Shown one piece after another: positions 45,742 through 45,742 of a DNA stretch of 45,742 bases (its first letter is position 1; the number at the start of each line of letters is the position of its first letter). Under the pieces are notes generated by a model. It had not been told where the DNA came from and did not search any database. It saw only the letters and a list, made by a program, of their open reading frames with translations. The stretch spans positions 1 to 45,742 of the forward strand of contig CAYWPU010000004.1 in NCBI GenBank assembly GCA_964460805.1, read 5' to 3'. The position numbers and the translations under genes are program-made. The stretch comes from an uncultured Candidatus Saccharibacteria bacterium (GTDB taxonomy: Bacteria; Patescibacteriota; Minisyncoccia; Phycocordibacterales; JACOZG01).

Positions 45742-45742
45742 C

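Overview
Gene-dense bacterial chromosome segment, mostly on the + strand. The gene content suggests a Candidate Phyla Radiation/Patescibacteria-type organism; this is an inference. Supporting content includes a pilin-like cluster, shortened housekeeping proteins, phosphoketolase/acetate kinase, GH57/GH15 alpha-glucan genes, SWIB, Gmad2 and many orphan ORFs. The code is standard: UGA is used as a stop and RF2 is present. Core genes recognised are ligA, gatC, gatA, prfB, ftsE, ftsX, pyrG, xfp, ackA, tgt, uvrB, uvrA, uvrC, a histidine kinase/response regulator pair, ddl and 8 tRNA genes. There are three accessory regions. (i) A 3.75-kb island is bracketed by a 54-bp perfect direct repeat of the 3' part of tRNA-Thr(CGT). 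It carries a peptidase S51 and two tandem class IIb aminoacyl-tRNA synthetases but no integrase. (ii) A tRNA-Gln-anchored island has a GIY-YIG gene that ends inside the tRNA, with a decayed copy of the tRNA 5' half upstream. It continues with an EcoRI-like N6A methyltransferase and two coupled small ORFs, then DinD and a DUF262-HNH (GmrSD-like) nuclease. (iii) A two-gene minus-strand insertion lies between ligA and gatC. The most unusual non-coding stretch is 12.8-13.5 kb. It holds three long hairpins with CCUCC loops, then a promoter-to-terminator unit of about 280 nt. That unit contains a UGA-terminated 16-codon leaderless mini-ORF and lies directly upstream of a shortened prfB without the programmed frameshift. 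Most core genes appear to be leaderless. I saw no CRISPR array, rRNA, transposase, integrase or reverse transcriptase. All calls come from reading the sequence and ORF track by eye; no searches were run.
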